DNA of 64,000 nucleotides from a bacterium (GCA_017396695.1 JAFQLC010000002.1:8534-72533), one strand, 5' to 3'. Numbered from the stretch's first letter, positions 17,959-28,874 are shown. Notes: generated by a model from the letters alone, not told the origin. Made by a program: numbers and translations.

Positions 17959-18938
17959 TTAAAAGATTTTTTAAAATTGAAAAATCAAAAATTAATTTTT
18001 TAAAATCAAAACGCATTTTTCTTTTTGGTCTAAGTTTTAAAATTAATAAATTTGGCTTTAAAAACTATTTAAAACTTTGCAGAAGTTTTGTGCCTAAAAA
18101 CATTTTTAAAAAAGACAATTCGGCTAGACCTTGCGTAAATCTTTCAATTGTCGCTATATACAAAAACGAGCCCGATATTATTGAGTGGATTGAATACCAT
18201 AAATTAATTGGGGTTCAAAGATTTTACTTATATGATAACGAATCAACAGATAATTCTTATGAACTTTTAGCGCCATATATTCAAGACGGAACTGTTGTTT
18301 ATCATTTTGCTCAAGGCAAGTGTCAACAAATGCCTGTCTATCGTGATGCAATTTTTTCATATAAAAATGAAACAAATTGGCTGGCCATTATTGACTTAGA
18401 TGAATATATTGTGCCTGTTGAATGTGAAAATCTGTCTTCTTTTCTTGAAGAATATAAAGACTTTCCAGCTCTTGGTGTAAATTGGGTTATGTTTGATAGC
18501 AATGGTTATGAAAAAAGGCCAAATAAGCTAGTAATTGAAGCCTATACAAGAGTTCAAAGTGTTCTTGATAACCCAGTTAATAGACATATTAAAAGTATAG
18601 TCAACCCAAAGAAAGTGAGATTTGTTACAAACCCCCACTATTGCTTTTATAAAAACCATGAACTTGCAGTTGATGAGAATAGAAACCCAATTGGCTCCTA
18701 TCCCTATATTGGGGATAAAAATGCCTTTACAAAAAATATTTCAGTGAATAAAATAAGGATAAATCATTATCATACAAAATCCCTTGAAGATTATAATAGA
18801 AAAAGAGAATTAGGGTTTGCAGATACTCTGAGGGTGCGCCCGCAAAACAATTCTTGTCTTAATTACAGTAATTTTAGAGAAGATTTTGTAATCCAAAAAT
18901 TTTTACCCAAATTAAAACAAAAAATGTTTGATAAATAA
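17955..18938 (+). CDS. glycosyltransferase family 92 (DUF23-type) protein
   Basis: SIVAIYKNEPDIIEWIEYHKLIGVQRFYLYDNESTDNS ... AIIDLDEYIVP ... INHYHTKSLEDY follows the GT92 pattern. The start is uncertain (TTG at 17955 overlapping the rfbB stop, with no nearby ATG). Confidence 0.65.
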   Translation: MIKRFFKIEKSKINFLKSKRIFLFGLSFKINKFGFKNYLKLCRSFVPKNIFKKDNSARPCVNLSIVAIYKNEPDIIEWIEYHKLIGVQRFYLYDNESTDNSYELLAPYIQDGTVVYHFAQGKCQQMPVYRDAIFSYKNETNWLAIIDLDEYIVPVECENLSSFLEEYKDFPALGVNWVMFDSNGYEKRPNKLVIEAYTRVQSVLDNPVNRHIKSIVNPKKVRFVTNPHYCFYKNHELAVDENRNPIGSYPYIGDKNAFTKNISVNKIRINHYHTKSLEDYNRKRELGFADTLRVRPQNNSCLNYSNFREDFVIQKFLPKLKQKMFDK

Positions 18939-18976
18939 GTACATCAAAGTTTTAGATATTTAGAAAGGAAGATTGA

Positions 18977-19849
18977 ATGAAAGGCATAGTTCTTGCAGGT
19001 GGTTCGGGCACAAGGTTATATCCCTCAACTGAAGTTGTATCAAAGCAACTTTTGCCAATTTATGATAAACCAATGATTTATTATCCTCTTTCGACTTTGA
19101 TGCTTGCAGGCATTAGCGAAATTTTGATTATTTCAACTCCAGACGACTTGCCACTTTTTCAAAGAATGCTTGGCGATGGCGCAAGATATGGAATCAAGCT
19201 TCAATATAAGGTTCAACCTTCTCCTGATGGACTTGCGCAAGCTTTTGTTTTGGGCGAAGAATTTATTGGAGATGATTCTTGTGCTCTTGTTTTAGGTGAC
19301 AATATTTTCTATGGTCATAATTTTTCAGGAATGCTTCAGAAAGCTAAAAGTAGGGTTGAAAATGAAGGTGGCGCAACCATTTTTGGATACAAAGTTAAAG
19401 ACCCGCAAAGATTTGGTGTTGCTGAAATTGATGAAAATAATAAAGTTATTTCGATTGAAGAAAAACCAAAAGTGCCAAAATCTGAATATGCTGTGGTTGG
19501 ACTTTATTTCTACGATAACAATGTCGTAAAATATGCAAAATCCCTAAAACCTTCTGCTCGTGGAGAATACGAAATCACTGATTTGAATAATCTTTATTTA
19601 AAAAATGGTGCATTGTCGCTTGAAAAATTGGGTCGTGGTTTTGCTTGGCTTGACACAGGAACGCACTCATCTCTTTTAAAAGCAGGGATGTATGTGCAAA
19701 CGATTGAAGAAAACCAAGGCTTCAAAATTGCTTGCTTGGAAGAAATTGCACTTAAGATGAACTTTGCTGACAAAAAGACTCTGGCAAGTTATCTTGGCAA
19801 ATATAAAGATAATGAATATTATTCTTATGTGCGCAAAATTTTAAGATAA
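18977..19849 (+). CDS. rfbA: glucose-1-phosphate thymidylyltransferase
   Basis: [44 protein letters not shown] and LGDNIFYG are RmlA signatures. Confidence 0.93.
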   Translation: MKGIVLAGGSGTRLYPSTEVVSKQLLPIYDKPMIYYPLSTLMLAGISEILIISTPDDLPLFQRMLGDGARYGIKLQYKVQPSPDGLAQAFVLGEEFIGDDSCALVLGDNIFYGHNFSGMLQKAKSRVENEGGATIFGYKVKDPQRFGVAEIDENNKVISIEEKPKVPKSEYAVVGLYFYDNNVVKYAKSLKPSARGEYEITDLNNLYLKNGALSLEKLGRGFAWLDTGTHSSLLKAGMYVQTIEENQGFKIACLEEIALKMNFADKKTLASYLGKYKDNEYYSYVRKILR

Positions 19850-19896
19850 ACTTTTGTAAAAATTTAAGATTATTTTCTCCAAAAATCTATATTTTT

Positions 19897-21216
19897 ATGA
19901 GAGAATTTAGTTGTATTTTAAGGTTTACAACAATAGTGAATACAGGTTCTCAAAACACAATTGCGGTTGTTCTTGCAGCAGGAAAAGGAACAAGAATGAA
20001 GTCCTCGACCCCAAAGGTTCTTCATGAAATTTTTAACATTCCGCTTCTTGGTTGGGTTTTGAGGTCTTTAGGGGATATTGAATCAGTTGTTGTTACAGGT
20101 TCTGGCAGAGAGCAAGTTGAGGCTTATTTAGCTGATAAAAATGTTAAAACCGCATATCAAGCAGAGCAACTTGGAACAGGCCACGCATTATCTTGTGCGC
20201 TTTCTCAAATCCCGGAAGATTTTGGTGGCAATATTCTTGTTTTGTGCGGCGATACTCCGCTTATTACAAATGAAACTTTAATAAGTTTTATTAAATATCA
20301 CAACAGGGAAGAATCCCCCCTTTCTGTTATGACTTCGATTTTGGATAATCCACAAGGTTATGGAAGGATTGTTAGAGATAGCTTTGGGTGTATCAAAAAA
20401 ATTGTCGAACAAAAAGATTGCACCACTGATGAAGCTGAAATTAATGAAATTAACACTGGCGTTTATCTCTTGAATTACAGATTGATAGCGCCTTTGTTGT
20501 CTAAGATAAAAAATAATAACAATCAAGGCGAATATTATCTAACAGATATTATTTCTCTTGCGGTCGAACATAAGCTTAAACCTTGTGCATATTGCATTAA
20601 AAACTTTGAAGAAGTGTTTGGTGTTAATTCTAAGCAAGATTTAGCAGCAGCGTTTAAAATTATGAATTCTCGCCACATCGAATATTTGATGACAAAAGGG
20701 GTGACGGTGGTTGACCCAAATAACACCTATATTTCGCCTGAAACAGATATTGAAGCCGATACTGTTATTTTGCCTTCTTGCTATATTGAAAACAAAAATT
20801 ACATTGCAAGTGGTTGCAAGATTGGACCAATGGCACACCTCAGGGGCAATTGCAAGATTGGCGAAGGTTGTAAAATAGGTAATTTTGTTGAACTTAAAAA
20901 CGCAACGGTTGAGGCGCATACAAACATTGCGCACTTAACTTATGTTGGAGATGCAGAAATTGGTTCAAATGTTAATATTGGCGCAGGCACAATTTTTGCA
21001 AACTATAATTCGGTTACAAAGGAAAAGAAAAAATCAACTTTGGCAAACGGTGTTTCAATTGGCTCTAATTCGGTGCTAGTTGCGCCTGTTGAGCTTGGCG
21101 AAAATGCTTTCGTTGCTGCAGGAACAGTTGTTACTAAAAATGCTGAAAAAAATTCTCTTGTGATTACAAGAGCCCCACAAAAAGAGATTAAAGATTGGAT
21201 AAGGAGCAAAAAATGA
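19897..21216 (+). CDS. glmU: bifunctional UDP-N-acetylglucosamine pyrophosphorylase / glucosamine-1-phosphate N-acetyltransferase
   Basis: VVLAAGKGTRMKSSTPKVLH and QLGTGHA, plus C-terminal left-handed beta-helix hexapeptide repeats. The start is uncertain: the ATG at 19897 has no RBS, and the GTG at 19936 is an alternative. Confidence 0.88.
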   Translation: MREFSCILRFTTIVNTGSQNTIAVVLAAGKGTRMKSSTPKVLHEIFNIPLLGWVLRSLGDIESVVVTGSGREQVEAYLADKNVKTAYQAEQLGTGHALSCALSQIPEDFGGNILVLCGDTPLITNETLISFIKYHNREESPLSVMTSILDNPQGYGRIVRDSFGCIKKIVEQKDCTTDEAEINEINTGVYLLNYRLIAPLLSKIKNNNNQGEYYLTDIISLAVEHKLKPCAYCIKNFEEVFGVNSKQDLAAAFKIMNSRHIEYLMTKGVTVVDPNNTYISPETDIEADTVILPSCYIENKNYIASGCKIGPMAHLRGNCKIGEGCKIGNFVELKNATVEAHTNIAHLTYVGDAEIGSNVNIGAGTIFANYNSVTKEKKKSTLANGVSIGSNSVLVAPVELGENAFVAAGTVVTKNAEKNSLVITRAPQKEIKDWIRSKK

Positions 21217-22226
21217 AGTTAGAAACAGATACTTTGTTTAGAAAAGAACGTGAAATTTTGCCAACTCACGACATCAAGATTTTCTCAGGTCGCTCAAATG
21301 GCAAATTAACCCAAGAAATTGCTGAATATCTGGGCACTCATGTTGCTCCATTGGTTATAAAAAACTTCTCAGACGGCGAAGTTTATGTTCAAATTGAAGA
21401 GTCTGTTCGTGGTGATGATGTTTTTATTGTTCAACCAATATGTAAACCAGTTAACGAAAACCTTGTTGAGCTTTTGATTATAATTGACGCTTTTAAAAGA
21501 GCAAGTGCAAAATCAATTACGGCAGTTATTCCATATTATGGTTATGCTCGTCAAGATAGAAAAACATCTGGTAGAGAAGCAATTACGGCAAAACTTGTTG
21601 CTGACTTGCTTACAACTGCTGGCGCAAACAGAGTTCTTGCTCTTGACCTTCATACAGGTCAAATTCAAGGTTTCTTCAATATCCTTGTTGACCATATTTA
21701 TGCAACTCCTGTTATTGTGAATTACATAAAAAAACTTGGTTTAAACATGGATAATGTTGTTGCGGTAAGCCCAGACACTGGCGGTGTTCAAAGAACAAGA
21801 GTTTTCGCAAAACAACTTGATATTCCTCTTGCAATCATCGATAAACGTCGTGATAAACACAACGAAGCAATTGCGGCTCACGTAATTGGCGATATTCAAG
21901 ATAAAACTTGTGTTATGTTTGACGATATGATTGACACTGCTGGCACGATTTGTGAAGCATCTAAACTTCTTATGCAAAAAGGCGCTAAAGAAGTTTATGT
22001 TTGCGCTACTCACCCAGTATTTTCTGGCCCTGCACTCAAGAGATTGGATGAAGCGCCAATTAAAGAAGTTATTGTAACTAACACAATTCCTTTGTCTAAT
22101 GATTTTGTTCCAACAAAAATCACACAATTGAGCATTGCTCCACTTTTAGGTGAAGCAATCTCAAGAATACACGATGACCAAAGTGTTTCTTCATTGTTTG
22201 GTTTTGAAAAAGAATATAAATCTTAG
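21213..22226 (+). CDS. prs: ribose-phosphate pyrophosphokinase
   Basis: IKIFSGRSN, PYYGYARQDRK and DDMIDTAGT are PRPP synthetase motifs. I chose the ATG at 21213, which has AGGAG 7 nt upstream and an ATGA overlap with the glmU stop, over the listed 21195. Confidence 0.92.
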   Translation: MKLETDTLFRKEREILPTHDIKIFSGRSNGKLTQEIAEYLGTHVAPLVIKNFSDGEVYVQIEESVRGDDVFIVQPICKPVNENLVELLIIIDAFKRASAKSITAVIPYYGYARQDRKTSGREAITAKLVADLLTTAGANRVLALDLHTGQIQGFFNILVDHIYATPVIVNYIKKLGLNMDNVVAVSPDTGGVQRTRVFAKQLDIPLAIIDKRRDKHNEAIAAHVIGDIQDKTCVMFDDMIDTAGTICEASKLLMQKGAKEVYVCATHPVFSGPALKRLDEAPIKEVIVTNTIPLSNDFVPTKITQLSIAPLLGEAISRIHDDQSVSSLFGFEKEYKS

Positions 22227-22245
22227 TTTCTTAAATTATACTTTT

Positions 22246-22281
22246 AAAAAAACAAGTGCAATTTCAGCACTTGTTTTTTGT
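22246..22281 (+). terminator. Rho-independent terminator after prs
   Basis: AACAAGTGC-aatttca-GCACTTGTT followed by T5, preceded by an A-run. Confidence 0.8.
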
Positions 22282-22428
22282 CTTAAAGCCTTGTGGTGTA
22301 GGTGTTTTGCGCTTAATTAATTTCTCTTGATTTTTAAACGATAAAGAAATGTTAAAATATTCCTAAAAATCGCATTATTCTTGATTTTGTAGTAAAATGT
22401 TTTTGTTAGAGTTAATCAGGATATCAAG

Positions 22429-25400
22429 ATGGCAGATAATTTCGACAACAAGTTAGATGAGTTTAAATCAAGAATTGATAATTTATTTGATTCTTCAGCT
22501 TTGCAAAGGTCTGAAAGAGACGGACTTTCAGTTTTAGATGTGCAAAAAATTGTGTCTGAACAATTTAGATTAATTGAAGGCAGACTTCTTTCTTTTCAAA
22601 ATGCATTGCAAACAATGGCAGATACATCTGATAATGAAAAAATTGTTCTTGATATTGCAAGGATTTCCTCTGACTTAAATACAGTTTATGCAAAAATTAC
22701 TTCTCAAGATGTTTCTTTGCAAAACATTGCTAAATTGATATCTGAAATTGATACTTCTGTTGATAGTGACAAAATTTCAAAAATTATGAATGAAATGGCG
22801 AATTTTTATCGTGGTTTTGATGCAATCACATCAACAATTAACTCTAACTTTGCTGAATTTATCAATCAATTTAGACAATTTAGCTCTAAAGAAGAATTTA
22901 GACAACTTTCTTTAGACATTGATGCGATTAACAATAACACCGCTTCAATTATTTCGGCACTTTCAATAATTGACAACAAATATCAAAACTTGCACGCAAT
23001 TATCAATACTCTTACTGAAAATGAATCTAAATATCTTGGCGGTCTTGAATGGCTAACGAACATTTCAAAACAAATTAAAGAAATGTCTGATAATATTCAA
23101 TCACTTCCGCAAAATCGCTCTGTTCTTGATTTTGCAAATTCTTTGAATGATTTGTCTGCAAAAATTGACAATAACTTTGGTGCTTTAAATGGTGCAGATG
23201 ATGAATTTAAGCAAAGATTTCAAGATGCTGTAAACTTATTAGACGGCAAGCTTGTGCAAATTTTAAATACCGACCAATATGAAGGTATTGAACAAAAATT
23301 TGCCCAAATGAATAATTTTATCTCTAATACAATAACTGAATTTATCGATGTTGTTATTGATAGGTTAAATGTTGCAGGAAAAGTTGATGAAATGACAGAT
23401 GCTATTTCCTCTCAAATTGCTATTCTTAATTCAAATCTTGATAAAAAATCTACAAGCGAAGAAATCAATGTCTTAACTCAAAAAATTTCCACTATTGCTG
23501 AAATTTTTGAAAATAATATAAACACAAAATTTCAAGAAATTGATAAGTTTGAAGGCTTGAAATCTGATATTGTTCTTAATCTTCAAGAAGTTGCATCATT
23601 AATTGTTCAAAGGCTTTCAGATGATAAAAATCACAATATAATTAAAGATTTAATTCTTGAAAAACATTCTGATATTTCAAATAGAATGAACACAATTGTG
23701 ACTATTGAGCAAATTAAAAAAGAAACAGTTGCAATTATAAACGAGCTCAAAACAGATATTTATACCAAACTTTTAACTCTCGATGACACAGATTTAATCA
23801 AACAACAAATGTCATTTTTGCTTACAACTCTAAATCGTGCTATTGAAGAAAAGTTTGATTTCATTAATAATTCTCTAAATCAATCTTTCGATTTGAAATT
23901 TACAAATTTTGAAGGAATTTTATCTGACAAAATTGATACTAAATTGAGCTCTATGAGTGTTGATTTAGTTAAAAACATTGAAAACAATGTTTCTGTTATG
24001 AATATGGATTTAACTTCAAATCTTGATTCAAGAATCGTTGCTTTATCTGATAATTTTGCAGACAGTCTTCAAACTTCTTCTCTTACAACAACTGGCAATA
24101 TAACAAATAGAATTAACGATTTATCAACTCAAATTATGCAGAATGTTGCCGAAAATGTTCAAAATTCGGCTAATCAAATTGCAGAAAAAATTGATGAAAA
24201 AAGCTCTAGCAATATGCAAAATATCATCAATGACTTATCTGATAAATTGCAAACAAGTGTTAATTATTTGAACGATAGCATTTCTGATAAAGTTATTTCA
24301 ACCTGCACTGAAAATGCTAATGCTAATAAAGCGGATTTGCTCGTGAATATTGGCAATATGGAGCAATCAGTTTCAAATCTTCAAAATAATATTTACGGAC
24401 TTGAAGAAAGTATTAAAAACACATTTAATCAAAATTCTCAAGAATTGAGTGCTGTTTTTGGCAAGTTGCAAGGTGAACTTTCTGGTATTCAAAATATTAT
24501 AAGCTCTCTTGATGATTCTGAATTTAGACAAAAGCTTGATGAAGATTACAGGCAACTTTCTCTAACAATTGGCGCAATGCAACCTTATCTTGAAGCTATT
24601 TACAACTTTGATGAAAAAATGGGGCGCACTGAATCTACCCTTGTTAAACTTACTGATGACGGGTTTGTTCGCCTTCAAGATGAGCTCAGAAATAAAGCAA
24701 ATGAACTTGAATACAACTTTGCGCAAGTCTTAAATTCAAATGTTTCATCTGTTTCTAATGTTGTAAAAGATGATATTGCAGGGCTTGTTGAAAAAGTTGA
24801 AATTTTCACAAGCACATTATCTGGCGTAAATGCTGAAACCGTTTCTTCAATTAAAGAACTTATTGATGCTGCAATGTTGAATATTGAAAACCTAAAAATT
24901 GGAAGCAAAATTCAAGAACTTGCATTTTCTGTTGGCGAAAATTTTGACACAGTTAAAGCTGCATTCGATAAGGTTAATGAGCATCTTGCAAACATTGATG
25001 AAAATTCAAATGTTGATACAATTAAAAGAATTAATAATGCAATCCCTGCTATTTCGGATAAAATTGATGTTCTTCGCTCTATTTTATCAAACGAAAATAC
25101 TCAAAATACTCAAAGTCTTAAAAAAATCCTTGAAGAATTTGTGACAAAACACGAGGATTATTTTGCAGATATTAAAACTGATTTCCAAAAAGCAAATGAC
25201 AAGGTTTTGGACGAGTTTAGTAATCAAATTTTAGATTTAAAAGAATCTGTTAACAATTTAATTACAATAACAAAAGAAGATTTTGCTAATATGAACACAA
25301 CTTCGCTTGATGCAATTCAAACTCAAGTGGGGGAAATTAAAGAATCTGTTAATCGCTTAATTGACCAAACTAGAGATGAGGTTGCATATAAAGCGGTTGA

Positions 25401-27390
25401 GATGATTGAGCACAATGGCAAAGTTATAAGTGATTTAACTTGTGAAATTGTTGAAAGCAAAAATGCCGTTGAAGAATTTAAGGATAATGTTTCTCAAATT
25501 CCTGAACAAGTTGCTGAAATTATGGCAAATAGTCAAAATGAAATTTTGTCTGATTTCAACAAAGTTATGTTTGAAATTAACGAAAAAGGTAAAAATTTAG
25601 ACGAGGACTTATCAAATAAAATTGTTGAAATAAATAACACAATTGCCCAAATCACAGACGAGAAACTTGACACTCTGGCATCTAAATTAGAAAGCAAGCA
25701 ACTTTATGTTGTAGAAAGATTAAATTCTTTAAGTTCTGCAATCGAAGAAAAAATCGGAAACATCGAATCTCAAAATTCTGGCGAATTAGAGGCAAAATTT
25801 GATAATCTTTCTGAAAAATCAACCGAGATGAACACTAAACTTGAAAGATTAAACACAAATGTTTCCGATATTAAAACTTATCTTTTGAATGAAATTTCAA
25901 AAATTATTGCGTCAAGTTCAGATAAAATTTCAGCTGATGAGCTCGAAGATATTTTGAAAACCAATAATGAAGGTTCTCAAGAAGTTTCTATGCTTGCGAA
26001 TAATTTGCTTGATAAATTAACAGAGCTTCAAAGTCTCAATGCTGATATGGCAAGTGAAGACAGAAGAAATTATGTTGAGATTGCAGAGCAATTAAAAACG
26101 ATTTCAAATTCTGTTTCTGGCTCTTATGTTGAAGATTTGAGCGATAAAATCGATGATATTTCAGCTAAATTGAATGATGTTTTAATTTTTGCAAATGATA
26201 TGTCCTCGATGGCTGACTCTTCAGAAATTGCAAGCAACTTAGATGATGTTAAAAGAAATATTGTTCAAAAAATTCAAGATGAAATTTCTTCAATTGATAT
26301 TAGTGACCTAAAATCTGAAATTTCTGAGCTTCAAAATTCAATTTTAAATTTAACAAATACGCTTACAGATAAAGAGCCTGAGCAAGTTTTAAATGAAGAA
26401 ATTTTTGGCAAAATTGAAAATACAATTTCTCAAACCAAAAATGCTTCAAGCGAAAATTATGCTGAAATTGTTGCAAAAATTGAAGAATATATCGATGAAG
26501 CAAATTGTGCTTCAAAGGCTAATTCCGAAGCAGTTTCTCAAAGAATTGATAAGTTTGCAAGCGAAATTGAATCTTTGAAAAATTCTATTTCAGAAAAATT
26601 TGCAACCACTCAAAAGGCAGAAATTGATAATGAAGTTTTTGAAGATTTTATCTCTGGCTTTGAATTTTTGCAATCTAATTTCATGAATGATATAAAAGCT
26701 GAGTTCGAAAGTAATAAAAATGCGCTTGAACAAGTTAGCGAAGATATTTCAAATTCAGTTAATTCTGCATCATTATCTAATCTTATAAAACAAGCTGTTG
26801 CTGAAAAATTTGAAGAAGCAAGGCTTCGAGATGATGTTAAAGAACAAATTTTATCTGATATCAAGTCTGATTTTTCAAAGATTAAAGGTGTTTTAGATAA
26901 TTCATTAAAACAACGTTATCCTGAAAGATTGGAAGAAATTAGAAATATCGGTTTAGAAAATATTAAGCAATTTAAAAAATCTGAAGATAATTTCACTTTC
27001 ATAAATAATTGGCTTGATAATGCACAAAGATCACTTGATGCGCTTACTGCAAGAATTGAAAAAACTGAAAAAAATAATCTTCAAGAGATTAAAAATAGAC
27101 TTGTAAGTTCTGAATCTACAACCCAAGTGGCAGATGCTGTTGAAGAATTTAGACATGAGTTTAATAAGAAATATCAAGTTCAAGAAATTAAAGTAGATAA
27201 TATTGATGAAAAACTTTCTAACTTTATTCAAAGGCAACCAGCGCCACCAGATTTGAACCCAATTATGGAGGCAATCAAACAAAATGCTGCTCAAACTCGT
27301 GCGCTTGATGCTAGAGTTGAAGGCATTGAAAATCAAATTGCAAACATTCAACTTGGAATTGAAAAACTACTCGATTATCTTGATGAATAA
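22429..27390 (+). CDS. giant (1653 aa) acidic coiled-coil orphan protein
   Basis: A single uninterrupted ORF. Composition is dominated by N/I/S/E/D/K/L/Q with heptad-like periodicity throughout. No TM segment, signal peptide or enzymatic motif. Confidence 0.75.
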   Translation: MADNFDNKLDEFKSRIDNLFDSSALQRSERDGLSVLDVQKIVSEQFRLIEGRLLSFQNALQTMADTSDNEKIVLDIARISSDLNTVYAKITSQDVSLQNIAKLISEIDTSVDSDKISKIMNEMANFYRGFDAITSTINSNFAEFINQFRQFSSKEEFRQLSLDIDAINNNTASIISALSIIDNKYQNLHAIINTLTENESKYLGGLEWLTNISKQIKEMSDNIQSLPQNRSVLDFANSLNDLSAKIDNNFGALNGADDEFKQRFQDAVNLLDGKLVQILNTDQYEGIEQKFAQMNNFISNTITEFIDVVIDRLNVAGKVDEMTDAISSQIAILNSNLDKKSTSEEINVLTQKISTIAEIFENNINTKFQEIDKFEGLKSDIVLNLQEVASLIVQRLSDDKNHNIIKDLILEKHSDISNRMNTIVTIEQIKKETVAIINELKTDIYTKLLTLDDTDLIKQQMSFLLTTLNRAIEEKFDFINNSLNQSFDLKFTNFEGILSDKIDTKLSSMSVDLVKNIENNVSVMNMDLTSNLDSRIVALSDNFADSLQTSSLTTTGNITNRINDLSTQIMQNVAENVQNSANQIAEKIDEKSSSNMQNIINDLSDKLQTSVNYLNDSISDKVISTCTENANANKADLLVNIGNMEQSVSNLQNNIYGLEESIKNTFNQNSQELSAVFGKLQGELSGIQNIISSLDDSEFRQKLDEDYRQLSLTIGAMQPYLEAIYNFDEKMGRTESTLVKLTDDGFVRLQDELRNKANELEYNFAQVLNSNVSSVSNVVKDDIAGLVEKVEIFTSTLSGVNAETVSSIKELIDAAMLNIENLKIGSKIQELAFSVGENFDTVKAAFDKVNEHLANIDENSNVDTIKRINNAIPAISDKIDVLRSILSNENTQNTQSLKKILEEFVTKHEDYFADIKTDFQKANDKVLDEFSNQILDLKESVNNLITITKEDFANMNTTSLDAIQTQVGEIKESVNRLIDQTRDEVAYKAVEMIEHNGKVISDLTCEIVESKNAVEEFKDNVSQIPEQVAEIMANSQNEILSDFNKVMFEINEKGKNLDEDLSNKIVEINNTIAQITDEKLDTLASKLESKQLYVVERLNSLSSAIEEKIGNIESQNSGELEAKFDNLSEKSTEMNTKLERLNTNVSDIKTYLLNEISKIIASSSDKISADELEDILKTNNEGSQEVSMLANNLLDKLTELQSLNADMASEDRRNYVEIAEQLKTISNSVSGSYVEDLSDKIDDISAKLNDVLIFANDMSSMADSSEIASNLDDVKRNIVQKIQDEISSIDISDLKSEISELQNSILNLTNTLTDKEPEQVLNEEIFGKIENTISQTKNASSENYAEIVAKIEEYIDEANCASKANSEAVSQRIDKFASEIESLKNSISEKFATTQKAEIDNEVFEDFISGFEFLQSNFMNDIKAEFESNKNALEQVSEDISNSVNSASLSNLIKQAVAEKFEEARLRDDVKEQILSDIKSDFSKIKGVLDNSLKQRYPERLEEIRNIGLENIKQFKKSEDNFTFINNWLDNAQRSLDALTARIEKTEKNNLQEIKNRLVSSESTTQVADAVEEFRHEFNKKYQVQEIKVDNIDEKLSNFIQRQPAPPDLNPIMEAIKQNAAQTRALDARVEGIENQIANIQLGIEKLLDYLDE

Positions 27391-27441
27391 TCGCTCATCA
27401 AGTTTTAATAAGTAATTGAGTGTTGCAAGCTTGACTATAAG

Positions 27442-28815
27442 TTAGATTGCTTTATCTGGATTGAAGATATTGTGCGGGTCAAAAATTTGTTTGATTTGCA
27501 ACATATAACTGTGCGCTTTTGGGTTTATTGCATCTTGCAAGTATTTTCTTTTTTCCATTCCAATTCCGTGCTCTCCGCTAAGCGTTCCACCCATCTTTAG
27601 TGCACCTTTGAATAATTCATCTTTTAATTTTTTAAAGTTCGTTAATTGTGTTATGTTTTCTAAGTCTAGAGCGAAATTCGGGTGAATATTTCCGTCTCCT
27701 GCGTGTCCCATAATGCACGCCATTATGCCATATTTTTGCGATAATGCTCTAATAAATTTAATCATTTCAGGGATTTTTGAAGTTGAAACAACAATATCTT
27801 CTGTTACAACATTTGGCGCAAGTTTGGCACAGCATGCAAACGAGCTTCTTCTTGCTCTCCAGATATTTTCGTTTGTTGCTTCATCATCTGTATTCACAAT
27901 TTTTTCTGCATTTGCACTTTCAAGAACCGCTTGAAGTTTTTTGCTTTCAGCTTGAATGCTTTCATTTTCGCCATCTAGTTCAATTAAAAGAGCGGCTTCA
28001 TATCTTGTGTATAAACCTGTTGGGTTAAATTTTTCAATCGTGATGAGTGTTTTATCGTCTAAAATATCAAGAGTTGAGGGTTGAACGTTTGAGGTTAGAA
28101 TTTTTGTAACGCACACGCCTGCCTCTTCAATAGACTTAAAATACGCAAGAATTAACTTTGTTTTAGCTGGTTTTGGAATTAATTTCAGTGTTGCTTCAAC
28201 AACTATTCCGCAAGTTCCTTCTGTTCCTATGAAAATGTCACATAAATTAAAGCCAGTGACGTTTTTTCTTAAGTCTTTTGCAAGTTCAACAATTTCGCCT
28301 TCTCCATTTACTATTTTTAAATTTAAAACATAGTTTTTGATTTGACCATATTTAAAAGTCCTTGGACCACTTGATGATAGCGCAATTGCGCCACCAATTG
28401 TTGAAACTTCAAGGTTTGATGGGTCTGGCGGGAAGAATAAATTGAATTTGTCTATTTCTCTTTGAAGGTCGCCAAGAACAACATTCGGCTGAACTTTTGC
28501 AGTTAAGTTTTTCTCATCAATTTCAATTATATTATTCATTTTTGAAAAATGGATAATGATTGCTTTTCTTTTATCATTACTCACTCTGCAGCCTGCGCTA
28601 TGGCAAGTTCCAGCCCCTCTTGGAATGATTACCATATTATTTTTAATTGCAAATTTTACAATTTTTTGAACATCTTCAATTGTTTCAGGCAATGCCACAC
28701 AATATGGTAAACTCACCCCATTTAGGGCAACTGATGTGTCATAGGCATAAGGATAAATGTCTTCCTTATTCTCTAAAAATTCGCAACTTATATTTTTTTT
28801 GAGTTCACTAATCAT
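27442..28815 (-). CDS. FAD-binding oxidase, GlcD / D-lactate dehydrogenase family
   Basis: 457 aa. An FAD-binding PCMH-type N-terminal region (IIPRGAGTCHSAG, STIGGAIA), with C-terminal GHAGDGNIHP and GTLSGEHGIG motifs. Confidence 0.85.
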   Translation of the reverse strand: MISELKKNISCEFLENKEDIYPYAYDTSVALNGVSLPYCVALPETIEDVQKIVKFAIKNNMVIIPRGAGTCHSAGCRVSNDKRKAIIIHFSKMNNIIEIDEKNLTAKVQPNVVLGDLQREIDKFNLFFPPDPSNLEVSTIGGAIALSSSGPRTFKYGQIKNYVLNLKIVNGEGEIVELAKDLRKNVTGFNLCDIFIGTEGTCGIVVEATLKLIPKPAKTKLILAYFKSIEEAGVCVTKILTSNVQPSTLDILDDKTLITIEKFNPTGLYTRYEAALLIELDGENESIQAESKKLQAVLESANAEKIVNTDDEATNENIWRARRSSFACCAKLAPNVVTEDIVVSTSKIPEMIKFIRALSQKYGIMACIMGHAGDGNIHPNFALDLENITQLTNFKKLKDELFKGALKMGGTLSGEHGIGMEKRKYLQDAINPKAHSYMLQIKQIFDPHNIFNPDKAI

Positions 28816-28874
28816 AACTTCAAAAAAATTATAGCTAAAAGAACATTTAAAATCAAAATGAGCTTTTATGTTAT

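Noticed and set aside
22282-22428. Sigma70 promoter for the giant coiled-coil gene (TTGATT ... TAAAAT candidates)
   Set aside because: The candidate hexamers have spacers of 6 or 19-20 nt. No arrangement fits a canonical spacing, so no promoter was called.
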